Source of the DNA: Promethearchaeota archaeon
GTDB taxonomy: Archaea > Asgardarchaeota > Lokiarchaeia > Sigyniarchaeales > SOKP01
DNA length: 64,000 nucleotides
Direction: 5' to 3'
NCBI GenBank assembly: GCA_016839555.1
Contig: JAEOUA010000001.1
Coordinates: 1-64,000, forward strand
The position numbers and the translations under genes are program-made. A model generated the notes under the pieces. The model worked only from the letters and a program-made list of their open reading frames with translations. It searched no databases and was not told where the DNA came from. Below, piece by piece: positions 21,756 to 31,871 of the stretch (positions within the stretch are counted from its first letter, which is position 1; the number at the start of each line of letters is the position of its first letter).

Positions 21756-22117
21756 ATTCCTAAAGTTATTTTTGGATTTTGTTTTAATATGAAATTTTAA
21801 AAATTCGTGTTCTTACTTTATAACAAATATCCCCTATTTTTAACCAAGAAATCTAATATTTTTAGTTCAAATTAAAGTTTTCCATAATTTTGATACATTT
21901 AATATATAGAATTGACATATTTTTATCTTATGATTATATAATAAGATATACTCATTTTAAACCTTTAGTATATGAATTCTGATAAATTTCATAGTAGAAT
22001 ATGGTGAAATTTCAATATAATAATCACATTTTAATATCATTTCAATAAAATTTTATGTATGATAAAAATATAAAATAGTTAAAATTTGATAATCATTTTA
22101 ATTTGAAGGGTATTTAA

Positions 22118-22705
22118 ATGAGCTTAAAATTAGAAGATGTAAAAGAAGAGGACAGAGGGATTTTAGCACCATGCGGTATCTTATGTGCTGGTTGTGATAC
22201 TCATTTAGGGGAAGGAATAGAAGCAGCCAAAAAATTATACGAAATCTGGAAAGGTGGCAATATAGAAGATATTGGACCTTTATTTGGATATAAAGAAATA
22301 AGTGTGGCGTTAAAAACTTTAGAAAAATTCATACAAATGGAAGGTAAGCAGCAATGTCCGGGATGTTTTGTAGGAGGAGGACCTTCTAAAATATGTGGAA
22401 TTGCCCAATGCGTTAAATCAAAAGGTTATTGGACGTGCGTTGAATGTGAGGATTATAATCCAAATTCAGAAACACCCTGTCCCTATATAAACCACAGTCC
22501 GATGCCGATGAGTGATAAAGGAACCATGATGGAAATGATTTGCCGACGATATAATAAAGATAATATTAAGAATTTAAAACTTTGCCGTGAAATGGGTTAT
22601 AATAAGTTCATCAAACAAGCAAAAGAAAAAGTAGCTGATGGTTGGAGAACTTGGCAAGTTATAAGTAAGGATAAGGTATTCACAGAAGCAATGAAAAAAA
22701 AATAA
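22118..22705 (+). CDS. DUF3795-family cysteine-rich protein
   Basis: APCGILCAGC, CPGC, CGIAQCVKSKG..CVEC, PC. Confidence 0.75.
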   Translation: MSLKLEDVKEEDRGILAPCGILCAGCDTHLGEGIEAAKKLYEIWKGGNIEDIGPLFGYKEISVALKTLEKFIQMEGKQQCPGCFVGGGPSKICGIAQCVKSKGYWTCVECEDYNPNSETPCPYINHSPMPMSDKGTMMEMICRRYNKDNIKNLKLCREMGYNKFIKQAKEKVADGWRTWQVISKDKVFTEAMKKK

Positions 22706-22739
22706 TGGTTTATTTAACCTATAAAGATCTTTTTTTATA

Positions 22740-24542
22740 TTAGATATTTTTACTTTTTTTTTCATTATCACGGATCTTGTCTATTAATTGTTCAAACTCT
22801 TTAAATTTATCAAATTCTTCACTTTCAGAATCAATATCATCTATTTCTAAATCAATTTTTTCCTTTTCATGTTTAATTTCTTTGTTTTTTGATTTAAACT
22901 CTTTTATATCTCTTATTTTCTTTTTTTCATATAGTTGAATTGGACTTTTTATTTTATTTTTTATTTCTTTATACTGCTTTTTAGAAGAAAATTTCTTATT
23001 TTTAGAGATTTGAGTTTTTTGTCGTTTTTCATTCTTAAAATTGGAGGAATTAATTAGAATTTTATTTTGTGTAATTAGTTTTATAGGAGATCTTTGAATA
23101 TGAGGTATTTGCAATAAAAAAGGTCTTTTAATGGAATTAATTCTTATAATACTATTCCCTTTTTTTAAGATGGATAAATAATACTCATATTTTTCATCCA
23201 GATTTAATAATTCGCATTGGAGTTGTTTTTCCATATGATTTTTAAAAATCACCAATACGCCACAATTTGCTAATATTTCTTCGCTTACTTGAGGTCGCGT
23301 TGCGATTGAAATTAAGCATTCACCAGTGCCTCTTTGAAGCAATGCAATATCCTCAAGATAAGTGGTTAGTTTTGTCTTGTTAGTTAAATCTTTGGGGGCA
23401 AAATATTGCGCATCTTCCACAACGGTAATGTGTTTTATTCCTTTATATTCTCTACTTCCTTTGGTGAGATTTTCATCCCATAAATATTTTAAAATCATAT
23501 TGAGAAAGAATAATGCATCTTCCTTTTCCCCACCAAGCCGTATGATTGAACTTAAATCAATAATAATATTCTTTTTGAAAAGTTCTTTTATTTTAAATTC
23601 GGTTTTTGTGCCAAAAATCGCTTTTAATGGGCCAATAGAGAAGCGTCTAATTCTATTTCTGATGCTTATTAATGTTTGCGCCAGCATGGGCACCTTATTT
23701 CGCTCTTTTTTCAGGTAAATTCCACATTGCTTGTAGAATCCCTCCCAATTTTGAAGGCTTTTATTTTTACATACTTCTGTTAACACATCCACTAAGGCTT
23801 TTTGCATTTGAGGGGAATACTCCGCAGTCTCATCTAAGAATTGCCCGCTTTTTAAAATATCAAAAATCCTTTCTGCATGAATTTCAGGATGAGCTCCTTC
23901 GGGATTAAATATATTAATAGAAAAGTTCTCGCCAGGTCTTAAAATTAATATATCTTTAATATAGTTTTTTAGAAAGATATATTCCCCTTTAAATTCAATA
24001 AGGAGAAAGGGAATATCATATTGCTCTTTGAAATTAATTAAAAAATTTTGAATAAAATTGCTTTTTCCCATCCCAGTAGAACCACATACAAATATATGCT
24101 TTTCGAGATCTTCAAGAGAAAGAAAAAAGGAATGCTTACTAGTATTGCGATTTATTATTTTACCGATTTTAATTTTCCCTTTTCTAGATTTAAGAATCGA
24201 AGGATAATTTAACTCAATAATATCTTTATCTTTATATGTAAGAGAAATCATGAATATTGCTAAAGAAAGAAAAACAATTAATTGAGAAATAAAAGTAATA
24301 CTTATTCTATATTCTTTTCCTGAGAGATCCGAATTAACATAGTTATCTAAATTTAGAAAAAAGAGTATTATTAAAATAATGATCCATAAAGGAATAATGT
24401 ATCTTAAATAATTAGCATTAAATTCTTTCACCTTAGAAAGATAATACACAAGATTAATGAAAAATAAACCAAGGGATAAAATCAAATAAACCTCAATTGG
24501 AAACATATAACTTATATTTAGTTTGACTCTAATAAATTCCAC
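22740..24542 (-). CDS. Membrane-anchored HerA/VirB4-like (DUF87) ATPase
   Basis: 3 N-terminal TM helices; KHIFVCGSTGMGKS Walker A; IIIDLS; TVVEDAQ Walker B variant; start codon uncertain. Confidence 0.82.
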   Translation of the reverse strand: MEFIRVKLNISYMFPIEVYLILSLGLFFINLVYYLSKVKEFNANYLRYIIPLWIIILIILFFLNLDNYVNSDLSGKEYRISITFISQLIVFLSLAIFMISLTYKDKDIIELNYPSILKSRKGKIKIGKIINRNTSKHSFFLSLEDLEKHIFVCGSTGMGKSNFIQNFLINFKEQYDIPFLLIEFKGEYIFLKNYIKDILILRPGENFSINIFNPEGAHPEIHAERIFDILKSGQFLDETAEYSPQMQKALVDVLTEVCKNKSLQNWEGFYKQCGIYLKKERNKVPMLAQTLISIRNRIRRFSIGPLKAIFGTKTEFKIKELFKKNIIIDLSSIIRLGGEKEDALFFLNMILKYLWDENLTKGSREYKGIKHITVVEDAQYFAPKDLTNKTKLTTYLEDIALLQRGTGECLISIATRPQVSEEILANCGVLVIFKNHMEKQLQCELLNLDEKYEYYLSILKKGNSIIRINSIKRPFLLQIPHIQRSPIKLITQNKILINSSNFKNEKRQKTQISKNKKFSSKKQYKEIKNKIKSPIQLYEKKKIRDIKEFKSKNKEIKHEKEKIDLEIDDIDSESEEFDKFKEFEQLIDKIRDNEKKSKNI

Positions 24543-24744
24543 GATTATTTTTCAATTCCGATTTTAATGGAGTTTAAATAATTTTAGTATAAATTAAATA
24601 TAAATGGTAATGGGAAGATACTTCCAAATACATATCTCTTCAGATAATACTACAATCTATAATCCTCTTATTTCAGACATTTTCAATGGAGTTGAAGAAT
24701 TATGTATAGACCTTAATGGATTTTTTCTGATTTTTTTTTTATAT

Positions 24745-25272
24745 ATGAAATATATTTTTGCGTTTATATTAATAATTGTTGGACTTTTGACGCTTTTCAG
24801 ATATAGGGGTATATATTTAATGGATAAAATCAGATCCAAGCCAAAATTAAGCGAAAAAGAAAGTTTAAAGCAAAAAGTAAAAAAAGTTCATGTCTTTTTG
24901 GGTATGAGCTATATTTTTATGGGATTTGGAGTACTCTTTAATTATCTAACATATATTTTAATGTGGGTTTTGGACCCATTGCCTGATGGATTTCTTTTTC
25001 AGTTTCTTGGGGTTGGTAATATTATTGATCCTGCCTCTATCTATCGAATCTCGAACTATAACGCGGCACTCTCTCCTCATGAAAGTACTATTTATTTCTG
25101 TTTTGCACTTGTTTCGTTTGTGGCTCTTCTTCAAATAGCTTTAAGCATATGGTTCATCACAAACGAGAATAAAATCATTCACAGTCATTACAAGACTTTT
25201 TTAGTTTTAATTGCGGGGTTAATCGAAGGAATGCTTGTAGGATTCACTACATGTCTTCCCTTCTTTTTATGA
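24745..25272 (+). CDS. Hypothetical membrane protein (about 4 TM)
   Basis: Hydrophobic ORF; ATG at 24745 (MKYIFAF) preferred over 24604, but the start is uncertain. Confidence 0.65.
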   Translation: MKYIFAFILIIVGLLTLFRYRGIYLMDKIRSKPKLSEKESLKQKVKKVHVFLGMSYIFMGFGVLFNYLTYILMWVLDPLPDGFLFQFLGVGNIIDPASIYRISNYNAALSPHESTIYFCFALVSFVALLQIALSIWFITNENKIIHSHYKTFLVLIAGLIEGMLVGFTTCLPFFL

Positions 25273-25296
25273 TTAAAAATTTCTATTTTGAGAAGT

Positions 25297-25962
25297 TTAT
25301 AGCTGTTTTTTATGAAATATATGTGATGCTATTAATAAAAGGATTAAAGTTAAGGAAACTCCTAAAATTAGTCCAAAAAAAACTGGATTTATAACATCTG
25401 GTAAAATTAAAGAGGGAAGCAAGGATAATACTGATAATTGACCTCCAAGATATACAGATAGGATAGCTGAAGCTGCTACATTAGACACACTAATTCCTAT
25501 TAATATCCCTGCAGCGCATGCTATTGCTATTGCAGCTAAAGTAAAAAAAATACTTTCAAATGTGTGGATTACAATATTTATATTTGGCAAACCCCCTTTT
25601 AAAAAATCGACAATTAACCCAAATGTTAAACTAATGAAGGTTGCGATTACTATGCAGGTATAAACAGCGCAAAATTTCGCAATTATTAGATGAGTCCTTT
25701 TAATTGGGCGAATTAAAAATAATTCGTAAACATGATGATTTAGCTCGCTAGTTATTGAAGTACTAAGCATAACTGAAGAGAGTATTCCCCCTATACTAGC
25801 AATAAAAATCCCTACTAAATAAGACATTGGAACACCCTCAGTATCTAAATTCAAATAATTAAATAAAATGGATAATAAAGGTAATCCAATCCAAAGAATG
25901 ATCATCACTTTGGATTTATAATATCCTTTTAATTCATCTAAATATAATAATAATAAGCTCAT
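25297..25962 (-). CDS. ABC-2 type transporter permease
   Basis: 6 TM; E...ELFLIRPIKR..LIIAKF motif; 4-nt overlap with the ATPase gene. Confidence 0.88.
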   Translation of the reverse strand: MSLLLLYLDELKGYYKSKVMIILWIGLPLLSILFNYLNLDTEGVPMSYLVGIFIASIGGILSSVMLSTSITSELNHHVYELFLIRPIKRTHLIIAKFCAVYTCIVIATFISLTFGLIVDFLKGGLPNINIVIHTFESIFFTLAAIAIACAAGILIGISVSNVAASAILSVYLGGQLSVLSLLPSLILPDVINPVFFGLILGVSLTLILLLIASHIFHKKQL

Positions 25963-26936
25963 TTATCATCATCTTTTATATATTTCAAATATACATCTTC
26001 TAAATTTGGTTTAAGTAAATTAAATCCTCTGATATATACCTTTTGATTTATTATTTCTTGAAGCAGTATATGTATAGAAGATTCGATATCTCTATTAATA
26101 TCTAATTGAATTTGTTGCATATTTTTTTTTGGAGTATTATTATTTATGGATATAATAAAGGGATATTTATCTAAATCGCTTAAAAAAGGAGATCTCTCTT
26201 TATATTCAATTTCAATGATATGACTAATATCAAGTTTTTGTTGGAGTTCTTCGGGAGATCCTACTTCCAATAACTTCCCATGATTTAAAATTCCTATTTT
26301 GTCCGCAAAATCCTGCACATCAGAAAGAATGTGGGATGAAAAGAGGATAGTAACGTCTTTCTTTGCAAATTCTTTGATCAAATTCTTAATTTGGTACCTA
26401 CTGGTTGGATCTAATCCCGAAAGCGGCTCATCTAAAATTAAGATCTCTGGCTTATTAAGAATGGCTTGAGCGAATAATAATTTTTGTTGCATTCCTCCTG
26501 ATAATTGAGCAATTTTCTTATATCTGAAATTTAAGAGATTGACGGTATTTAGGACTTCTGTAATCCTTTTTTCTAAATGAATTCCTCTAAGCCCTGATAA
26601 TTTTCCAAAAGTTTTTAAAGCATGGTCAACAGTACGCCATTCTTGAAATCCTGCATCTTGTGGTAAATATCCTATAAACTCATGGATATTTTCTTTAGAT
26701 TCATTTATTGGAATATTTTTAATAAATACAGCGCCTTCATAGTTAGGTAAAAGTCCTACTAAAATTTTAATTGAAGTCGTTTTTCCAGCCCCATTCGGAC
26801 CAATATACCCAAAAATTTCACCTTGCTTTATATCGAATGAAACATCATCTAATGCTAATAAATCCTTATATTTCTTAGAAACTCTTTTGAACTGAATAAT
26901 TGGAAAATTATTTTCATTCATAACATTTAATCTCAA
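25959..26936 (-). CDS. ABC transporter ATP-binding protein (exporter type)
   Basis: GPNGAGKTT, LSGGMQQ, ILDEP, SSH, C-terminal PNLEDVYL. Confidence 0.95.
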   Translation of the reverse strand: MRLNVMNENNFPIIQFKRVSKKYKDLLALDDVSFDIKQGEIFGYIGPNGAGKTTSIKILVGLLPNYEGAVFIKNIPINESKENIHEFIGYLPQDAGFQEWRTVDHALKTFGKLSGLRGIHLEKRITEVLNTVNLLNFRYKKIAQLSGGMQQKLLFAQAILNKPEILILDEPLSGLDPTSRYQIKNLIKEFAKKDVTILFSSHILSDVQDFADKIGILNHGKLLEVGSPEELQQKLDISHIIEIEYKERSPFLSDLDKYPFIISINNNTPKKNMQQIQLDINRDIESSIHILLQEIINQKVYIRGFNLLKPNLEDVYLKYIKDDDK

Positions 26937-27173
26937 TAAATTCCTTCCGTATCCAAGAAAATTAGTTCATCTTATTAATTTATTAATATTAAATTAATAA
27001 TTCTTATTAAAAAATTAAAGATTTATGAATATCCATTTTTCATATACTAATCATTTATTTCTTTTAGTTAAACATATTCTCTGATAAGTAAAATCCTCAT
27101 ATTTAATTAATATCTTTAAATAAAGGTTTTATTACTTTTTTAATATAAAAATTCTTATAATTACTAGAGATGG

Positions 27174-27350
27174 TTTCAAGAATTTAAAAGGAATAATAGT
27201 CCCTTAATGGGGGGTATAGAAGGGACGGGCTTAGAGATACCACTGGTAAAAAGATTAGTTTCCTTACGCGGAGAGTAGATTTCCTTTAGAAGCAAATTAG
27301 GAAAAGAATCTACTTTTTCTTTTTATATTCCAAAATGTTTTACTAAATAG
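27174..27350 (+). pseudogene. Orphan 3' fragment of a histidine kinase HATPase_c domain
   Basis: FQEFKRNNSPLMGGIEGTGLEIPLVKRLVSLRGE*ISFRSKLGKESTFSFYIPKCFTK*, colinear with FQEFKKVKTPYVSDKEGTGLGLPLSKKLIIMHGGEIKFESEEGKGTIFTFSIPK of 46079..48121; TAG at 27276. Confidence 0.85.
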
Positions 27351-27416
27351 ATTTTAATGAATTTTTAGTTTAAAACTGCTATTTACTATAAAAATGATCT
27401 TTACAATTTTTTTATT

Positions 27417-28409
27417 TTATATGTTATCCAAAATTAGTTTTATTTCTTTAATTCTTTTTTTAATATTATTAATCCTGTTTTGTATATTATACTTAAGATT
27501 TTGATATTTTCCATTTTGTAAATTACCTGATTTAAACTTTTTCTCGACAAAATTTAATATATTGATTTCTGAGCGTAATTTATCATTTAAACCATTAAAT
27601 TCAGCTATTAGATCTTCTGGGCTCCTGGATATTTCACTGATTTTTTCTTGTTCAATTTGTTCTTTATTAACAACATCATTTTCTACAACCTTTTTAGGTG
27701 CGATAAATGATGATTTTGATCTTAATTTAATTCTATAATCCGAAATCAACCAATTAAATATATTAATGGCTAAAATATGATGAGAAGGAAATGGGATACC
27801 TCCCTTTATATTATCTCTAAAAAGTTCATAACTCCCACAACAAACTATTTTGCCTTTCTCTAATATTGAGACACAAACTAATGGTACTTCTAAGGGTTCA
27901 GAAGTTTTATTAGATAGAATAATTGAACTTGTTTCTCCTATTTTTGTTAAAGAACATCCCGCCCTATAACATATGTTCTCAATTTTATTTAATATAGGGT
28001 GATTATTTATAAAATTAGAAATAATTGGTAAATTTTCCCACCCATTATTCTTTTTCTTATCAAGAACCTGATCATTTTCAAAGATTATCCCAAATTGTTC
28101 ACTTAACTGACTTAAATTACTTTTTCTGCCTTTATCTCCTCCAGCATGAGATAATAATAAGAGGCTTCCTCCATCATTCTTTATCCAATTTTTAATCTCT
28201 AAAATTTCTTGTAGAGAAATTTGCGAAAAATCTGGACATGCAAGAACTAAAATATCATAGGATTGTAATGAATCTTGTGTAATTAAGGGTTCAAAAAATT
28301 CATGACATATAAAGTTATTAGAGGTTAATAAATCATTTAATTGAGTATAATTATCATTAATTCTTCCACGGGGATTATGAGATGTATCAAACGCGATAAA
28401 ATAAGACAT
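27417..28409 (-). CDS. GIFT/IFT52/DUF4350-like domain protein with C-terminal helical hairpin
   Basis: IAFDTSH, YDILVLACP...EI..IKNWIKNDGGSLLLL, L..L...FGI.F, GKIVCCGS pattern. Confidence 0.65.
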   Translation of the reverse strand: MSYFIAFDTSHNPRGRINDNYTQLNDLLTSNNFICHEFFEPLITQDSLQSYDILVLACPDFSQISLQEILEIKNWIKNDGGSLLLLSHAGGDKGRKSNLSQLSEQFGIIFENDQVLDKKKNNGWENLPIISNFINNHPILNKIENICYRAGCSLTKIGETSSIILSNKTSEPLEVPLVCVSILEKGKIVCCGSYELFRDNIKGGIPFPSHHILAINIFNWLISDYRIKLRSKSSFIAPKKVVENDVVNKEQIEQEKISEISRSPEDLIAEFNGLNDKLRSEINILNFVEKKFKSGNLQNGKYQNLKYNIQNRINNIKKRIKEIKLILDNI

Positions 28410-28596
28410 TAATTAATCTTTTCCCATATGTGTTTATTTATTATTTAAAAAATGCTTTAATTTAATCATTATATAAAACTTTTATATATATAATAATATT
28501 TAATATCTCTTAAAATAAAATAGAAAATAAAATCCAAACTTCTATAAATTAATATAATAAGTTGAAATCTCTCTCTTAAAGAATTTCAATGATCTA

Positions 28597-29577
28597 TTAA
28601 TTATCAAAAATATTTACAGTATAATAGATTAATTCATATTTTTCAAGTTTAATTTGGTTTCTTGAAGCTGTACGAATAGCATTATTAATTCCTTCTAATA
28701 TTTGATCCATTAAAAAGTAAAATGCTTTCAAACAATCATTAAGTATTTGTTTATTAGCATATCGTACACTTTTAGAAAGGGCTGGAATTAATTCAGGAAT
28801 AAAATCATTACTAATCATAATTTCTTCAACATCAACGATTCTTTCTTTAGTTACACAAAAGGGATCATTAATATCCATTTTAGCAAACATCATTTTACAC
28901 ACAAAAAGTGAAGCTTTAATTTCTCTCATTAAAAATTTAATAATATTAGTTTTCTCAGAATATTTTTTTGAGGTAATCAAGTTAAGTAATTTTTCTCCCG
29001 TAACAGCATCTTCATTATTCAATAATTTTTTAATTCTCTCGGATATACTACTTTTTGGAAACATCATTTCCAAATTCCTTTTATTTAAATCGTGATATTT
29101 ATCTGCCAAAACGGATAAAAAAGAGACATAATTTTTATCGCTTTCCTTGTTGAAATATTCCAAATTATAATTATTAGCTTTAAATTTATCTATAATACTT
29201 TTAATTATTAAAAACTTTAATTTTAATCGATGTAAAGCAAGATATAGACAAGTATTAGATTTAGAAGTAATAATATCGCCTTTTCGATATTTATCAGAAT
29301 GGTTTCTTGTATCAGTAGGTAAAGCTTTGATCTTTGGAAGGGCAGAATTAATGAAATATTTTACAATGTTTTCATATAGTGGATTACCTTCTACATTTAA
29401 GAGATTGATTAATCTTTTACTTGAAGGCAAATAATCAGCAATTTTTTTAATTTTTTTATAGTTCGAATCAGTAAGGTATAAAGATGTTAATGCTTCAAAT
29501 TCTAAAACGATTCTACATGGGATAAGGATTTTATTGAGATCCTCTATAAGTTTATTATTTTCTGACAATTTTTTCAC
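28597..29577 (-). CDS. Hypothetical helical protein
   Basis: 326-aa ORF with GTG start, co-oriented 54 bp downstream of a GTPase gene; no motif recognised. Confidence 0.7.
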   Translation of the reverse strand: MKKLSENNKLIEDLNKILIPCRIVLEFEALTSLYLTDSNYKKIKKIADYLPSSKRLINLLNVEGNPLYENIVKYFINSALPKIKALPTDTRNHSDKYRKGDIITSKSNTCLYLALHRLKLKFLIIKSIIDKFKANNYNLEYFNKESDKNYVSFLSVLADKYHDLNKRNLEMMFPKSSISERIKKLLNNEDAVTGEKLLNLITSKKYSEKTNIIKFLMREIKASLFVCKMMFAKMDINDPFCVTKERIVDVEEIMISNDFIPELIPALSKSVRYANKQILNDCLKAFYFLMDQILEGINNAIRTASRNQIKLEKYELIYYTVNIFDN

Positions 29578-29630
29578 ATCTTATTTCAATATATATTAAT
29601 CAAGATTTAGAAGATAGTAGATTTTCAATA

Positions 29631-31178
29631 TTAATCAATTTCTCCATCTGAAGGTTGTTTATCTATAATATCATCAGAATCCAGTTCTTTCATTGATCCA
29701 TTATCTGATTGTCCCGTTTCTATTGGTCTCTGTGTTGATATATTTTGATTTACAATTCCTCTTTTCACAAATAAATCTTTTAATTCTGAAAGCATACTCA
29801 CCCTTATATTTCCTGTATGCACAACTCTGAATCCATCTTGCTTGGGAGGCGGGAGAATAGGTATTTCTGGAGCCCTTAGAGTATCTTTTGGGGGAGGCGG
29901 GGGTGGATGAAGACTATGTGGCTCACTTATTTCAGAAGGAACCTTTGGAGTGCTTTTTTCTTTTGGTCCCCCCAGCACTTCTTGTATTTCCGCTGTTTTC
30001 AATTCATTACTCACTGATTTTGCTTTTTTTGGCTCTATTTTCTCAATAAATTTTAAAGGTTCAGGTACTCCTTTTGATGACTTAGATTTTTTCTTTTTTT
30101 CTTCCTTATCTTCTATAAAATCACTTGGTATATTTTGGAAGGGGACTTCAAATAAAGTATGAGAAATTTTGGTTGGGCTAATCTTGATTAATAATCTTTT
30201 GATTTCAGAAATCTCAGACATAACCTTATCCATAAATTTTAAATTTATATCTAATATTTTTTGAACTTTTTTATCTATTTCTGGTATTTTTAGTTCTTCT
30301 ATTTTCTCAGATTCTTTAGAAAAGATAGATTTTATATTCTTGGCTATTTCTGGTTCATTAGCATACATATTAAAAATGCTTGTAGGAACCATATCAAAAT
30401 TAAAAGAAGTTTCTTGTTGCTTCATTAATTTAATTATCTTATCTTTTAAATATTCTAATTTAATTTGAAAATCAGGATCATCTATTAAATCTGAATCTGC
30501 TTTATTTAATAAAATTAAAGTATAAGGAGCTCCATCTAAAAATTTTAATATGTTCAATATATCTTGTAAATACTTTATTGCTTCATCATATCTGATATCG
30601 TCTTGTGTATCTATTACAAAAATTAAAAGATCTACTTGAATAAAATATTTTTCAGGATCATCAAGATATTCTTCAACATGTCCTTCTTGACCACCTAAAT
30701 CCCAAATCACTAAATTTAACCTGTCAGATTGAAATTCTTCCACACTAGCTCCAACGGTTGGTTTCAAATTAATTAAATCGTAATAATTTTTATTATGTAT
30801 CAATTTATTTATCAAACTTGTTTTTCCAGCAAAATCTAGTCCTGCTACTACTATTTTCATTTGAATTTTTTTAAGATAAACCATTCTCTTATTCCAAGCG
30901 TTAGATATTAGATTAGAAGCAATATAAATATTATTTAATGTTTCTTGATCAATTTCTATATCCCCAGCTAATGCTTTATACTCTTCAAGTTTTAAATCAG
31001 CAAAGTCTCTAATGTGCTTAACCTTTTTGTTCTGTAATTGTTTTATTTCTTCTTTTTTGATGTTCTTCAATTTATCTAATTTCAAGTCTAAAATTGCTTT
31101 AATACTATTTGGATAATAATCTAATTCCAAAAATCGATCACAGAAGTATTTTATTATTGTTTTTGCAGATTCTGACAT
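29631..31178 (-). CDS. Arf-like small GTPase with N-terminal helical (HhH-like) domain, coiled coil and proline-rich tail
   Basis: GLDFAGKTS, PTVG, WDLGGQ, NKAD; PPPPPP tract. Confidence 0.9.
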   Translation of the reverse strand: MSESAKTIIKYFCDRFLELDYYPNSIKAILDLKLDKLKNIKKEEIKQLQNKKVKHIRDFADLKLEEYKALAGDIEIDQETLNNIYIASNLISNAWNKRMVYLKKIQMKIVVAGLDFAGKTSLINKLIHNKNYYDLINLKPTVGASVEEFQSDRLNLVIWDLGGQEGHVEEYLDDPEKYFIQVDLLIFVIDTQDDIRYDEAIKYLQDILNILKFLDGAPYTLILLNKADSDLIDDPDFQIKLEYLKDKIIKLMKQQETSFNFDMVPTSIFNMYANEPEIAKNIKSIFSKESEKIEELKIPEIDKKVQKILDINLKFMDKVMSEISEIKRLLIKISPTKISHTLFEVPFQNIPSDFIEDKEEKKKKSKSSKGVPEPLKFIEKIEPKKAKSVSNELKTAEIQEVLGGPKEKSTPKVPSEISEPHSLHPPPPPPKDTLRAPEIPILPPPKQDGFRVVHTGNIRVSMLSELKDLFVKRGIVNQNISTQRPIETGQSDNGSMKELDSDDIIDKQPSDGEID

Positions 31179-31342
31179 AATTTAATAGACAAAATCTATA
31201 TTTTTAAATTTATCGTATTAGTAAAACTTTATACTTAAAAAATAGATAAAAAATCCTAATCTGAATAAAATCTTAATGATATTTATTTGGGATAATTAAA
31301 AAAATAAATTTACGTTAGATTAGGATTTACTAATGAAAGTAT

Positions 31343-31714
31343 TTATAGCATACTTTTAACTAATTCTCTAAACTCTTGAACCCTAATGGGTTTAGCTATA
31401 TATTCATCTATTCCAACTTCTAAAATTCTTTCTTTATCTCCTTTCATAGCAAAAGATGTGACTGCTATAATCGGAACTTCTTTAAATTTATCAATTTTTT
31501 TTAATTCTTTCGCAATATCAATTCCACTGAATTCTGGTAATTGAATATCTAAGATAATTAGATCAGGGTCTCCAGACTTTATTAGTTCTAATCCTAAATC
31601 CCCACGTGTTTCACTAAAAATTTTAATATCAGGAATTAATTTTAATATTGCTTTAAATAATTTCATATTCTTAACATTATCTTCAATAACATACACATTT
31701 TTTGTCATTAACAA
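31343..31714 (-). CDS. Single-domain response regulator (DivK-like)
   Basis: IEDN, LDIQLP (phospho-Asp), AVTSFAMKGD, AKP. Confidence 0.93.
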   Translation of the reverse strand: MLMTKNVYVIEDNVKNMKLFKAILKLIPDIKIFSETRGDLGLELIKSGDPDLIILDIQLPEFSGIDIAKELKKIDKFKEVPIIAVTSFAMKGDKERILEVGIDEYIAKPIRVQEFRELVKSML

Positions 31715-31871
31715 AAACTTCTTGAATGTAATTTACTTTTAGAATTAAATTCAATATTGATATTTTTATAATAGATTCTAACTAAATAAATCTATTTAAT
31801 TAAATAGGTTTAAATTTAAGGCTTTTCATATAAGTCACATAAAAATATTTCGAAATAAAAAGTCAAATTAT

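Noticed and set aside
27199-27314. Two hairpins (gtccctt/aagggac; agtagatt/aatctact) as an ncRNA or riboswitch, or TAG readthrough at 27276
   Set aside because: The higher GC content is explained by the histidine-kinase remnant; the frame has no kinase upstream and a damaged G2 box, so recoding is unnecessary
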